From: Candidatus Saccharimonadota bacterium | Lineage (GTDB): Bacteria; Pseudomonadota; Alphaproteobacteria; CAJXXZ01; 1604HC | Direction: 5' to 3' | Length of the DNA: 32,000 bases | Assembly (NCBI RefSeq): GCF_008189285.1 | Contig: NZ_CP043315.1 | Span: 360,001-392,000 of the forward strand | Part shown: positions 16,481 to 24,094 of the stretch, piece by piece | Position numbering within the stretch: the stretch's first letter is position 1 | Layout of the letters: each line of letters starts with the position of its first letter | The notes under the pieces: generated by a model | What the model saw: the letters and a program-made list of their open reading frames with translations, nothing else | What the model was told of the DNA's origin: nothing | Database searches by the model: none | Program-made: the position numbers and the translations under genes

Positions 16481-17881
16481 ATGAATATAAACAAATTATT
16501 ACTATCAACTATAATCATACAATCTATGGTTTCAGCACCAGATAAAGTAATGCTTGATATGATGAAGGAAGACATAGAAGTATATCAAAAAATTAGAGAA
16601 GAGAATGATAAGGATCGTGAAATTGTATCGGGAAATAGAGAGTTTGCTATTTCTTTTATGTTTGATCTAAAAGCGAAAAGCAAGGGTAAAGAAGCATCGT
16701 ACTTAAAAGATAATATTAATAAAGACATTATGAATATTATTGTTTCTTTCTTAGTAAAAAAAGGAGATTTCTATAAAATTAATCCAGATAATCCATATTA
16801 TTCTGAAAACATGTATAATTTGAATTATGAATTTGATTCATCAAGTTCATTGAAACACTATCTTGCAAAGTACATTGATGTTAATAATTTTGAATACGTA
16901 GATCATGATGGCAGATTTATAGAAAAAGCATACTTTTGCATAAGGTATATTTCTATGCATGATGATGAAATGAAAAGAGGTATGAGTAGTTTTACAGAGC
17001 TTAATCTATCACAAAGCCAAATCACTTCAATGAAGCCAGGAGCATTTGTAGGATTAAGTAGTTTGACAACGCTTAATCTATCATATAATCAAATCACTTC
17101 AATTAAGCCAGGAGCATTTGCAGGATTGAGTAGTTTGACAACGCTTAATCTATATAGAAATCGAATCACTTCACTTGAGCCAGGAATATTTGCAGGATTA
17201 AGTAGTTTGACAGAGCTTAGTCTATCAGACAATCAAATCACTTCACCTGAACAAGGGGTATTTGCAGGATTGAGTAGTTTGATAAAGCTGAATCTATCAA
17301 GCAATCAAATCACTTCACTTGAACCAGGAGCATTTGAAGGATTGAGTAGTTTGACAGAGCTTAGTCTATCAGACAATCAAATCACTTCAATTACAAGAGC
17401 ATTTGCAGGATTGAGTAGTTTGACAAAGCTTAATCTATATAGAAATCAAATTGCTTCAATTGAACCAGGAGCATTTGAAGGATTGGGTAGTTTGACAACG
17501 CTTGATTTATCATTGAATCAAATCACTTCAATTGAACCAAGAGTATTTGCAGGATTGAGTAGTTTGATAAAGCTTGATCTATCATGGAATCAAATCACTT
17601 CACTTGAAAAAGTAGCATTTGCAGGATTGAGCAGCTTAACAGAGCTTTATCTATCGTATAATAAAATCACTTTACTTGAACAAGGAGCATTTGCAGGATT
17701 GAGTAGTTTGACAAAGCTTAATCTATTAGGAAGTCAAATCACTTCACTTGAAAAAGTAGCATTTGCAGGATTGAGCGACTTGAAAATACTTAATTTGAAT
17801 TCTAATGCTTTAGATGAACAATCTAAGGATTGTTTGGAAGAGCTAAAAAAGATGCTCCCAAATATTGAAATCTCATCTTAA
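16481..17881 (+). CDS. secreted leucine-rich repeat protein, paralog 1 (signal peptide + conserved ~145-aa N-module + ~11 x 24-aa LRRs + C-cap)
   Basis: MNINKLLLSTIIIQSMVSA|PD is Sec-signal-like. From nt about 16981 to 17770 there are 72-bp periodic units encoding LxxLxLSxNQITSLEPGAFxGLSS. The C-cap is LKILNLNSNALDEQSKDCLEELKKMLPNIEISS. Confidence 0.9.
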   Translation: MNINKLLLSTIIIQSMVSAPDKVMLDMMKEDIEVYQKIREENDKDREIVSGNREFAISFMFDLKAKSKGKEASYLKDNINKDIMNIIVSFLVKKGDFYKINPDNPYYSENMYNLNYEFDSSSSLKHYLAKYIDVNNFEYVDHDGRFIEKAYFCIRYISMHDDEMKRGMSSFTELNLSQSQITSMKPGAFVGLSSLTTLNLSYNQITSIKPGAFAGLSSLTTLNLYRNRITSLEPGIFAGLSSLTELSLSDNQITSPEQGVFAGLSSLIKLNLSSNQITSLEPGAFEGLSSLTELSLSDNQITSITRAFAGLSSLTKLNLYRNQIASIEPGAFEGLGSLTTLDLSLNQITSIEPRVFAGLSSLIKLDLSWNQITSLEKVAFAGLSSLTELYLSYNKITLLEQGAFAGLSSLTKLNLLGSQITSLEKVAFAGLSDLKILNLNSNALDEQSKDCLEELKKMLPNIEISS

Positions 17882-17908
17882 TAGATATTCATTAAATCAA
17901 AATAAGTA

Positions 17909-17917
17909 TGATATAAT
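17909..17917 (+). promoter_or_regulatory. extended -10 box TGATATAAT, 5 nt upstream of the LRR-2 ATG
   Basis: TATAAT at 17912-17, then GCATA, then the ATG at 17923. It lies within the 41-nt LRR-1/LRR-2 spacer. The block ATTAAATCA(A/G)AATAAGTATGATATAAT is shared with the LRR-4/LRR-5 junction. Confidence 0.5.
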
Positions 17918-17922
17918 GCATA

Positions 17923-19173
17923 ATGAATATAAACAAATTATTGCTATCAACTATAATCATGCAATCTATTGTTGCAGCGCCAGATAAAGTAATGCTTGAT
18001 ATGATGAAGGAAGACATAGAAGTATATCAAAAAATTAGAGAAGAGAATGATAAGGATCGTGAAATTGTATCGGGAAATAGAGAGTTTGCTATTTCTTTTA
18101 TGTTTGATCTAAAAGCGAAAAGCAAGGGTAAAGAAGTATCGTACTTAAAAGATAATATCGATAAAGACATTATGAATATTATTGTTTCTTTCTTAATTGG
18201 AAACGGTTTTTTCTATAGAATTGATCCAAGCAATCCATATTATGTAGAAAATGAAGATTATAAATTAAGCTATCCATTTGATTCATTGAAATACTGTCTT
18301 GCAAAATACATTGATGTTAATAATTTTGAATACGTAGATCATGATGGCATATCTATGAGAAAAGGATACTTTGGCATGAAGTATATTTCTATGCATGATG
18401 ATAAAATGAAAAGAGGTATGAGTAGTTTGACAGAGCTTAGTCTACCAGACAATCAAATCACTTCACTTGAACCAGGAGTATTTGCAGGATTGAGTAGCTT
18501 AATAGATCTTGAGCTATCGCGTAACAAAATCACTTCACTTGAACAAGGAGTATTTGCAGGATTGAGTAGCTTAATAGATCTTGAGCTATCGCGTAACAAA
18601 ATCACTTCACTTGAACAAGGAGCATTTGAAGGATTGAGTAGTTTGACAGAGCTTTATCTATTAGGAAATCAAACCACTGAAATTAAACCAGGAGCATTTG
18701 TAGGATTGAGTGGTTTGACAGAACTTAGTCTATATAGAAATAAAATCACTTTACTTGAACAAGGAGCATTTGCAGGATTAAGTAGTTTGACAAAGCTTGA
18801 TATATCAGAAAATCAAATTGCTTCACTTGAACCAGGAGCATTTGCAGGATTGAGTAGTTTGATAAAGCTTGATCTATCAGACAATCAAATTGCTTCACTT
18901 GAACCAGGAGTATTTGAAGGATTGAGTAGTTTGATAAAGCTTGATCTATCATGGAATCAAATCACTTCAATTGAAAAAGGAGCATTTGAAGGATTAAGTA
19001 GTTTGACAAAGTTTGATCTACCAAGTTCAATCACTGAAATTAAACCAAGAGCATTTGAAGGATTGAGCGACTTGAAAATACTTAATTTGAATTCTAATGC
19101 TCTAGATGAAAAATCTAAGGATTGTTTGGAAGAGCTAAAAAAAATGCTCCCAAATATTGAAATATCATCTTAA
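17923..19173 (+). CDS. secreted leucine-rich repeat protein, paralog 2
   Basis: Same architecture as paralog 1. Positions 17980..18136 are identical to 16538..16694 of paralog 1 (157 nt). The LRR array spans about 18415..19060 and the C-cap is nearly identical to that of paralog 1. Confidence 0.9.
   Translation: MNINKLLLSTIIMQSIVAAPDKVMLDMMKEDIEVYQKIREENDKDREIVSGNREFAISFMFDLKAKSKGKEVSYLKDNIDKDIMNIIVSFLIGNGFFYRIDPSNPYYVENEDYKLSYPFDSLKYCLAKYIDVNNFEYVDHDGISMRKGYFGMKYISMHDDKMKRGMSSLTELSLPDNQITSLEPGVFAGLSSLIDLELSRNKITSLEQGVFAGLSSLIDLELSRNKITSLEQGAFEGLSSLTELYLLGNQTTEIKPGAFVGLSGLTELSLYRNKITLLEQGAFAGLSSLTKLDISENQIASLEPGAFAGLSSLIKLDLSDNQIASLEPGVFEGLSSLIKLDLSWNQITSIEKGAFEGLSSLTKFDLPSSITEIKPRAFEGLSDLKILNLNSNALDEKSKDCLEELKKMLPNIEISS
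18479..18622 (+). repeat. perfect 72-bp tandem duplication (2 units) inside LRR-2
   Basis: Units 18479..18550 and 18551..18622 are base-for-base identical (tatttgcaggattgagtagcttaatagatcttgagctatcgcgtaacaaaatcacttcacttgaacaaggag). Each encodes VFAGLSSLIDLELSRNKITSLEQG. Confidence 0.95.
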
Positions 19174-19286
19174 TAGATATTTATTAAATTATAAATGTTT
19201 ATTCATTTTTGCAATTATAAGTGATATTTAAACATAACAGAGCATGCCATACAAACTTTATCATTTAAATGATAAAGTAAGAGAAT

Positions 19287-20153
19287 ATGAATAAAAAAGT
19301 CGCACAAATTGCAATTATCGGATCACCTAATGTCGGAAAGTCTAGCTTATTAAACCATTGGCTTGACGATAAAGTTAGCATAGTTTCCTCTAAGCCTCAC
19401 ACAACTCGTAATGCTGTATTTGGATCAATAACTAAAGATAATTCACAAATAGTTTTTGTTGACACTCCTGGATTTGCAAGACCAGATGGTCTTTGGGGCG
19501 TTCATTTGACTGAATCTTTGAATAATGCATTGAAAGGCGTTGATGCTATCTTATTAGTTATAGATGCGAACAAGCCACTAAGACATGGAACTGAAATTCT
19601 TCTTGATTTAGCTTTAAAAAGCAATAAAAAATTATTTATTACTATACATAAATGCGATGCTGTTAAAAATCCAGCTTTATTTGAAACAGTTCAATGGATT
19701 AAAGATAAGGGATACAAACAAGAGGTATTTATCACATCAACAAATGATAAAATAGGGTTAGATGTATTGCTGAGCAATATGTTTAAAGCAACTAAAGATG
19801 GAGAGTGGTTGTTTGGAGAAAAAGAAAAAACAAATCTAACCAAAGAATGGATTGGCGCTGAGTACGTTAGAGAAAAAGCATTTTACTTGTTGCATCAAGA
19901 AATCCCTTTTCATCTTGTTGTTGTTCCAAGAAAATGGAATTTTAGAGAAAATTCATGGGATCTTCATGTAGATATTATTGTTCAAAACGTTGGGCATAAG
20001 AAAATTGCAATTGGTCAAGGTGCCAGCATGGTTAAAGAGATTGGATCGGCTGCAAGAGCAGAATTAATGACCAAATGGGGCAAAGGAAGCTTATTTATTG
20101 AAGTTAAAGTAGATAAAGATTTCAGGGAAAATGCTTTGAAATTATACCAATAA
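19287..20153 (+). CDS. era: GTPase Era
   Basis: G1 IAIIGSPNVGKSSLLN, G3 DTPG, G4-like HKCD, and a C-terminal KH domain (VREKAFYLLHQEIPF...IIVQNVGHKKIAIGQGASMVKEIG). Confidence 0.9.
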   Translation: MNKKVAQIAIIGSPNVGKSSLLNHWLDDKVSIVSSKPHTTRNAVFGSITKDNSQIVFVDTPGFARPDGLWGVHLTESLNNALKGVDAILLVIDANKPLRHGTEILLDLALKSNKKLFITIHKCDAVKNPALFETVQWIKDKGYKQEVFITSTNDKIGLDVLLSNMFKATKDGEWLFGEKEKTNLTKEWIGAEYVREKAFYLLHQEIPFHLVVVPRKWNFRENSWDLHVDIIVQNVGHKKIAIGQGASMVKEIGSAARAELMTKWGKGSLFIEVKVDKDFRENALKLYQ

Positions 20154-20333
20154 TTTATAGAAGTCAATTAAAAATCCAAAATGATAAATCAATAATACAA
20201 TTTCTAAAATATCATAAATATCATAAATTTTAACATAAAAATTTATTGAATTAAAAATCTGAAAGATACTTCGTATTAAGGCATCAATTATTCTTCTTTT
20301 TAAAGCATAAATATTTGTTAGTTTAAATAAATA

Positions 20334-20342
20334 TGATAGAGT
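20334..20342 (+). promoter_or_regulatory. degenerate extended -10 box TGATAGAGT, 5 nt upstream of the LRR-3 ATG
   Basis: TG at 20334-35 and TAGAGT at 20337-42, then GTGAA, then the ATG at 20348. The ORF-track ATG at 20333 sits inside this box. Confidence 0.35.
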
Positions 20343-20347
20343 GTGAA

Positions 20348-21931
20348 ATGAATATAAATAAATTATTATTGCAAACTATATTTATTCAATCTGCAGCTGC
20401 AATGCTAAATGAGCAAGATATAGATATGATGTGCAAAGATATTACAATATATCAAAAAGTGCAAAAAGAGAATGAATTAATAGCAAAAACTATATCATCT
20501 AATAAAATATGCGCGCTTCCATTTATGATTTGCTCATATAGAAAAAGAATGGCGCAGAAGAGCGGAGAGTCAAGAGGAATCGCAAATAAAGATATTGCAA
20601 AATACATTGTTTCATTCCTGATAGAAAGAAGCAAAAGTGAATTTTACAGAGTTGATCCAAAAAATGCAGATTATACAGCAAGCGAAGAGTATTCTTTGCG
20701 TTATATGTTTGATGCATTGAAGTATGATCTTGCAAAACATATTAATGCTGATGAATTTGGAAAAGCGGAGTATGCGCCATATGCAGGAATAGAATATTTT
20801 GATATATGCTATATTGCTCAACATTTTGATGAAGTGAAAGAACAGCTTAAATACTTTGTTAAAGAAATTAATTTAAAAGAAAATCAAATCACTTCAATTG
20901 ATTTAAGAATGCTTGTAGGGTTGGATAATTTAATAAGTCTTAATTTATCAAAAAATCAAATCACTTCTCTTGATCCAGGATTATTTTCTGGACTAAGCAA
21001 TTTGAAAAGCATTGTTATGCATAACAATCAAATAGCCTCACTTGATCCAGGATTATTTTCTGGATTAGGTGTTTTGGAAAGCATTTATCTGCATGAGAAT
21101 CAAATCACTTCTCTTGATCCAGGATTATTTTCTGGATTAGGTGTTTTGGAAAGCATTTATCTGTATGAAAATCAAATAGCTTCACTTGATCCAGGAGTAT
21201 TTTCTGGACTAAGCAATTTGAAAAGTATTATTATGCATAATAATCAAATAACTTCACTTGAACCAGGAGTATTTTTTGGATCAGATAGTTTAAAAACAAT
21301 TGATTTAGGGGCAAATCAAATCACTTCACTTAAAAAAAGAGCGTTTGCAGGGTTAATCAATTTGACAAGCCTTAATCTATCAAACAATCAAATCACTTCA
21401 GTTGAACCAGAAATGTTTGCAGAGTTAATCAATTTAAAAACACTTGATCTTTCATCCAATCAAATCACTTCTCTTGATCCAGGATTATTTTCTGGATTAG
21501 GTGTTTTGGAAAACATTTATCTGCATAATAATCAAATAGCTTCACTTGATCCAGGAGCATTTGCAGGATTGAGCAGCCTAACAGAGCTTGTTCTGATATA
21601 CAATCAAATCACTTCGCTTGAACCGGGAATATTTGAAGGATTAAGTAGTTTGCCAGAGCTTAATCTATCAGGCAATCAAATCACTGAAATTAAACCAGGA
21701 GCTTTTGAAGGATTGAATAGTTTGACAACGCTTGATCTATCAGGCAATCAAATCACTGAAATTAAACCAGGAGCTTTTGAAGGATTAAGTAGATTAGAAA
21801 CACTTGATCTACTATTAAATCAAACCACTTCAATTGATCAAGGAACATTTGAAGGATTGAATAGTTTGACAACGCTTGATCTGCAAGGCAACAAAATCAC
21901 TTCATTTGAAAAGGATTGTTTAAAGGATTGA
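20348..21931 (+). CDS. secreted leucine-rich repeat protein, paralog 3 (C-terminus disrupted by frameshifts)
   Basis: I prefer the start at 20348 (MNINKLLLQTIFIQSAAA), which aligns with the paralog N-termini. There are about 15 LRRs from about 20850. The ORF ends prematurely at ...NKITSFEKDCLKD*, and the ancestral last repeat and C-cap continue out of frame (next feature). Confidence 0.85.
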   Translation: MNINKLLLQTIFIQSAAAMLNEQDIDMMCKDITIYQKVQKENELIAKTISSNKICALPFMICSYRKRMAQKSGESRGIANKDIAKYIVSFLIERSKSEFYRVDPKNADYTASEEYSLRYMFDALKYDLAKHINADEFGKAEYAPYAGIEYFDICYIAQHFDEVKEQLKYFVKEINLKENQITSIDLRMLVGLDNLISLNLSKNQITSLDPGLFSGLSNLKSIVMHNNQIASLDPGLFSGLGVLESIYLHENQITSLDPGLFSGLGVLESIYLYENQIASLDPGVFSGLSNLKSIIMHNNQITSLEPGVFFGSDSLKTIDLGANQITSLKKRAFAGLINLTSLNLSNNQITSVEPEMFAELINLKTLDLSSNQITSLDPGLFSGLGVLENIYLHNNQIASLDPGAFAGLSSLTELVLIYNQITSLEPGIFEGLSSLPELNLSGNQITEIKPGAFEGLNSLTTLDLSGNQITEIKPGAFEGLSRLETLDLLLNQTTSIDQGTFEGLNSLTTLDLQGNKITSFEKDCLKD

Positions 21932-21935
21932 ATGT

Positions 21936-22034
21936 CTAAAATACCTTCGTTTAGAAGATAATGCTCTAAATAATCTAAACAATGAATCAAGGGATTATTT
22001 AAAAAGCCTAAGAAAAACATGTAAGGTTTATTAA
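21936..22034 (+). pseudogene. out-of-frame relic of the LRR-3 last repeat and C-terminal cap
   Basis: The frame starting at 21936 reads LKYLRLEDNALNNLNNESRDYLKSLRKTCKVY*. This aligns with the paralog cap LKILNLNSNALDEQSKDCLEELKKMLPNI. Between the annotated frame and this one, a third frame reads (E)KGLFKGLNV, which implies two 1-nt deletions. Confidence 0.7.
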
Positions 22035-22272
22035 TAGGTAAAAATCATCTGAAAAAGAAAGATGGCTAAATTCAATAATTCTAAAATATTAAAATTCTTT
22101 ATTTGTTTGAGATCCTGGATAGTTTAAACAGCATCATTTTTTTCGCAATGAAAAACCTTTTCTTGAAAGGCAATATTTGCAAAATAAAGTGGTATTTATT
22201 TTATATAATTACATAGAAATTTATTATGCTCGGATTGTAGGGCTAGTGATTTTTATGCTATTATAATGTGTA

Positions 22273-22355
22273 GCGGTTATGGCGGAATGGTAGACGCGCA
22301 GCGTTGAGGTCGTTGTGGATGAAAATCCGTGGAAGTTCAAGTCTTCTTAACCGTA
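22273..22355 (+). tRNA. tRNA-Leu (anticodon GAG), type II with long variable arm
   Basis: Manual cloverleaf: acceptor GCGGTTA/TAACCGT (G1:U72), D arm GCG-AATGGTAGA-CGC, anticodon stem CAGCG/CGTTG with loop TTGAGGT (GAG at 22306..22308), variable arm GGAT-GAAA-ATCC, T loop TTCAAGT. No CCA is encoded. A TATAAT lies at 22262..22267. Confidence 0.85.
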
Positions 22356-22447
22356 TTAATCAGTTTTAAACTAAAATTTAAACAAATTAGTTACAAGTGC
22401 TTTATATGCAATTATTTGTTATTTTAGTTAATTAAAGGAGATAAATT

Positions 22448-24094
22448 ATGAGTCAAATCAAAAAATCTTTAGAATATCATTCTAATTTTCCTAAAGGAAA
22501 ATGGGGGATGCATGCAACAAAGCCATTGTCTGCGCAAGATATGTCTCTTGCTTACTCTCCTGGAGTAGCAGATCCATGTCTAGAAATTGAATCAGACCCT
22601 AAATCTGCACTTGAATACACCTCAAAAGGAAATTTAGTTGCAGTCATTAGTAATGGAACCGCAGTATTAGGACTGGGAAATATAGGAGCATTAGCATCAA
22701 AGCCAGTAATGGAAGGCAAATGCATTCTTATGAACAAAATGTCTGGAGTTTTCGGAGTTGATATAGAGATTGACGAAAATGATGCTCAAAATATAATAGA
22801 TATTATAAGAAAAATCTCGCCTTCATTCGGAGCTATCAATTTGGAAGATATAAAAGCTCCTGAATGCTTTATGATTGAAGAAGAATTACAGAATTTGGGA
22901 ATTCCTGTCTTTCATGATGACCAACATGGAACTGCGATTGTTGCAACTGCAGGAATTGAAAATGCATTAAAATTAATAGGAAAATCATGGAGCTCTATTA
23001 AGGTTGTTGCAAATGGGGCTGGAGCTGCTGGAATAGCATGTTTAGATTCTATGGTTAATATGGGGCTAAATCCTAAAAATATCATGTTATTTGACTCTAA
23101 AGGATTGATAAATAAAGATAGGTCAGGATTAAATAAATATAAAGCAAAATATGCTTCAGATGAAAAATCTTGCACGTTGGAAGAAGCATTAGATGGAGCT
23201 GATGTATTTTTAGGCGTATCTGCTGCAAAAGCTTTAAAGCCAGAATGGACCAAGAAAATGTCTGAAAACCCTATAATTTTTGGTTTAGCAAATCCTGAAC
23301 CTGAAATTATGCCTGAACTAGCTAAAGCAGCTAGAAGAGATTGTATAATTGCAACAGGAAGATCTGATTATCCAAATCAAGTAAATAATCTTCTATGTTT
23401 TCCTTATATTTTTAGAGGAGCATTAGATTCAGGCGCAGAAAGAATTAATGATAACATGAAAAGAGCTTGCATCAAGGCGATTGCTGAAATTGCTAGAAAT
23501 GATGAAGAATTTGGAGTTGATCATATAATTCCTAGCGCATTGGACGAACGATTAGGATTAGTAGTTTCAAAAGCAGTTGCTGAAGCTTCTGGTGGGAAAA
23601 TTCCTAATCATTATGGAAGATATGTAGAAAAAATGTTAAATGAAAATTCAAGCAAGTATTTTAATATTTTTGACCAATCTAAATCTATGAATATTTCAAA
23701 TACACCTAATGCTGTTAAAGAAATTTACAAAGCATGGGATATTTCAATCAAGGAAGATACAAATGCAAATTACAAGCTTATGCCTTTAGAAAAATCTTGT
23801 GATGGTGAAAAATTAGTTTGGTTTTTCGGGTTAGAATCAAATCCTTGGATTGCTTATAGCCAAGCTGGAGGAAAAGTAATCGATCAAATTAAAGAGATGT
23901 TTGATTTTACAGACATTCCTCATGTTCCAATAGTTAGCTTAGAGCAATGTCGTAATTTAGAAAAAAGGAAGGATTTCTGTGGTAGACTTTCTTTAGACAA
24001 AGGATTGAAGATGGAATTTAAGCAAGGATTGAGAAATATAGCTTACTTAACCTTACTTCTAAGTGGTGTGGAGTATGAACAAACTTCCAATTGA
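22448..24094 (+). CDS. maeB: NADP-dependent malic enzyme (MaeB-type N-terminal domain) with a ~140-150-aa unrecognisable C-terminal extension
   Basis: A strong SD (AAAGGAGAT) is present. Malic enzyme motifs seen are LAYSPGVADPC, VISNGTAVLGLGNIGALASKPVMEGK, FGAINLEDIKAPECF, FHDDQHGTAIV and VANGAGAAGIAC. After about residue 400 the sequence resembles neither the PTA-like domain of long MaeB nor anything else I recognise. Confidence 0.85.
   Translation: MSQIKKSLEYHSNFPKGKWGMHATKPLSAQDMSLAYSPGVADPCLEIESDPKSALEYTSKGNLVAVISNGTAVLGLGNIGALASKPVMEGKCILMNKMSGVFGVDIEIDENDAQNIIDIIRKISPSFGAINLEDIKAPECFMIEEELQNLGIPVFHDDQHGTAIVATAGIENALKLIGKSWSSIKVVANGAGAAGIACLDSMVNMGLNPKNIMLFDSKGLINKDRSGLNKYKAKYASDEKSCTLEEALDGADVFLGVSAAKALKPEWTKKMSENPIIFGLANPEPEIMPELAKAARRDCIIATGRSDYPNQVNNLLCFPYIFRGALDSGAERINDNMKRACIKAIAEIARNDEEFGVDHIIPSALDERLGLVVSKAVAEASGGKIPNHYGRYVEKMLNENSSKYFNIFDQSKSMNISNTPNAVKEIYKAWDISIKEDTNANYKLMPLEKSCDGEKLVWFFGLESNPWIAYSQAGGKVIDQIKEMFDFTDIPHVPIVSLEQCRNLEKRKDFCGRLSLDKGLKMEFKQGLRNIAYLTLLLSGVEYEQTSN

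Noticed and set aside
18746-18952. Minus-strand ORFs with internally repetitive translations inside the LRR arrays. The others are 20452..20634, 20523..20735, 20612..20824, 21838..22020, 25957..26235, 26484..26714, 26729..26926, 26859..27080 and 27823..28029.
   Set aside because: They are mirror artefacts of the 72-bp coding periodicity on the plus strand. The plus-strand frame gives a canonical LRR consensus, whereas the minus frames give no known pattern.
20333-20347. ORF-track upstream starts: ATG 20333 for LRR-3, ATG 25903 for LRR-4, TTG 1356, TTG 2960, ATG 7003 and GTG 24063.
   Set aside because: Paralog alignment (MNINKLLL), ATGA or stop-start coupling, SD placement and a preference for ATG support the downstream starts used in the feature table. 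These remain predictions.
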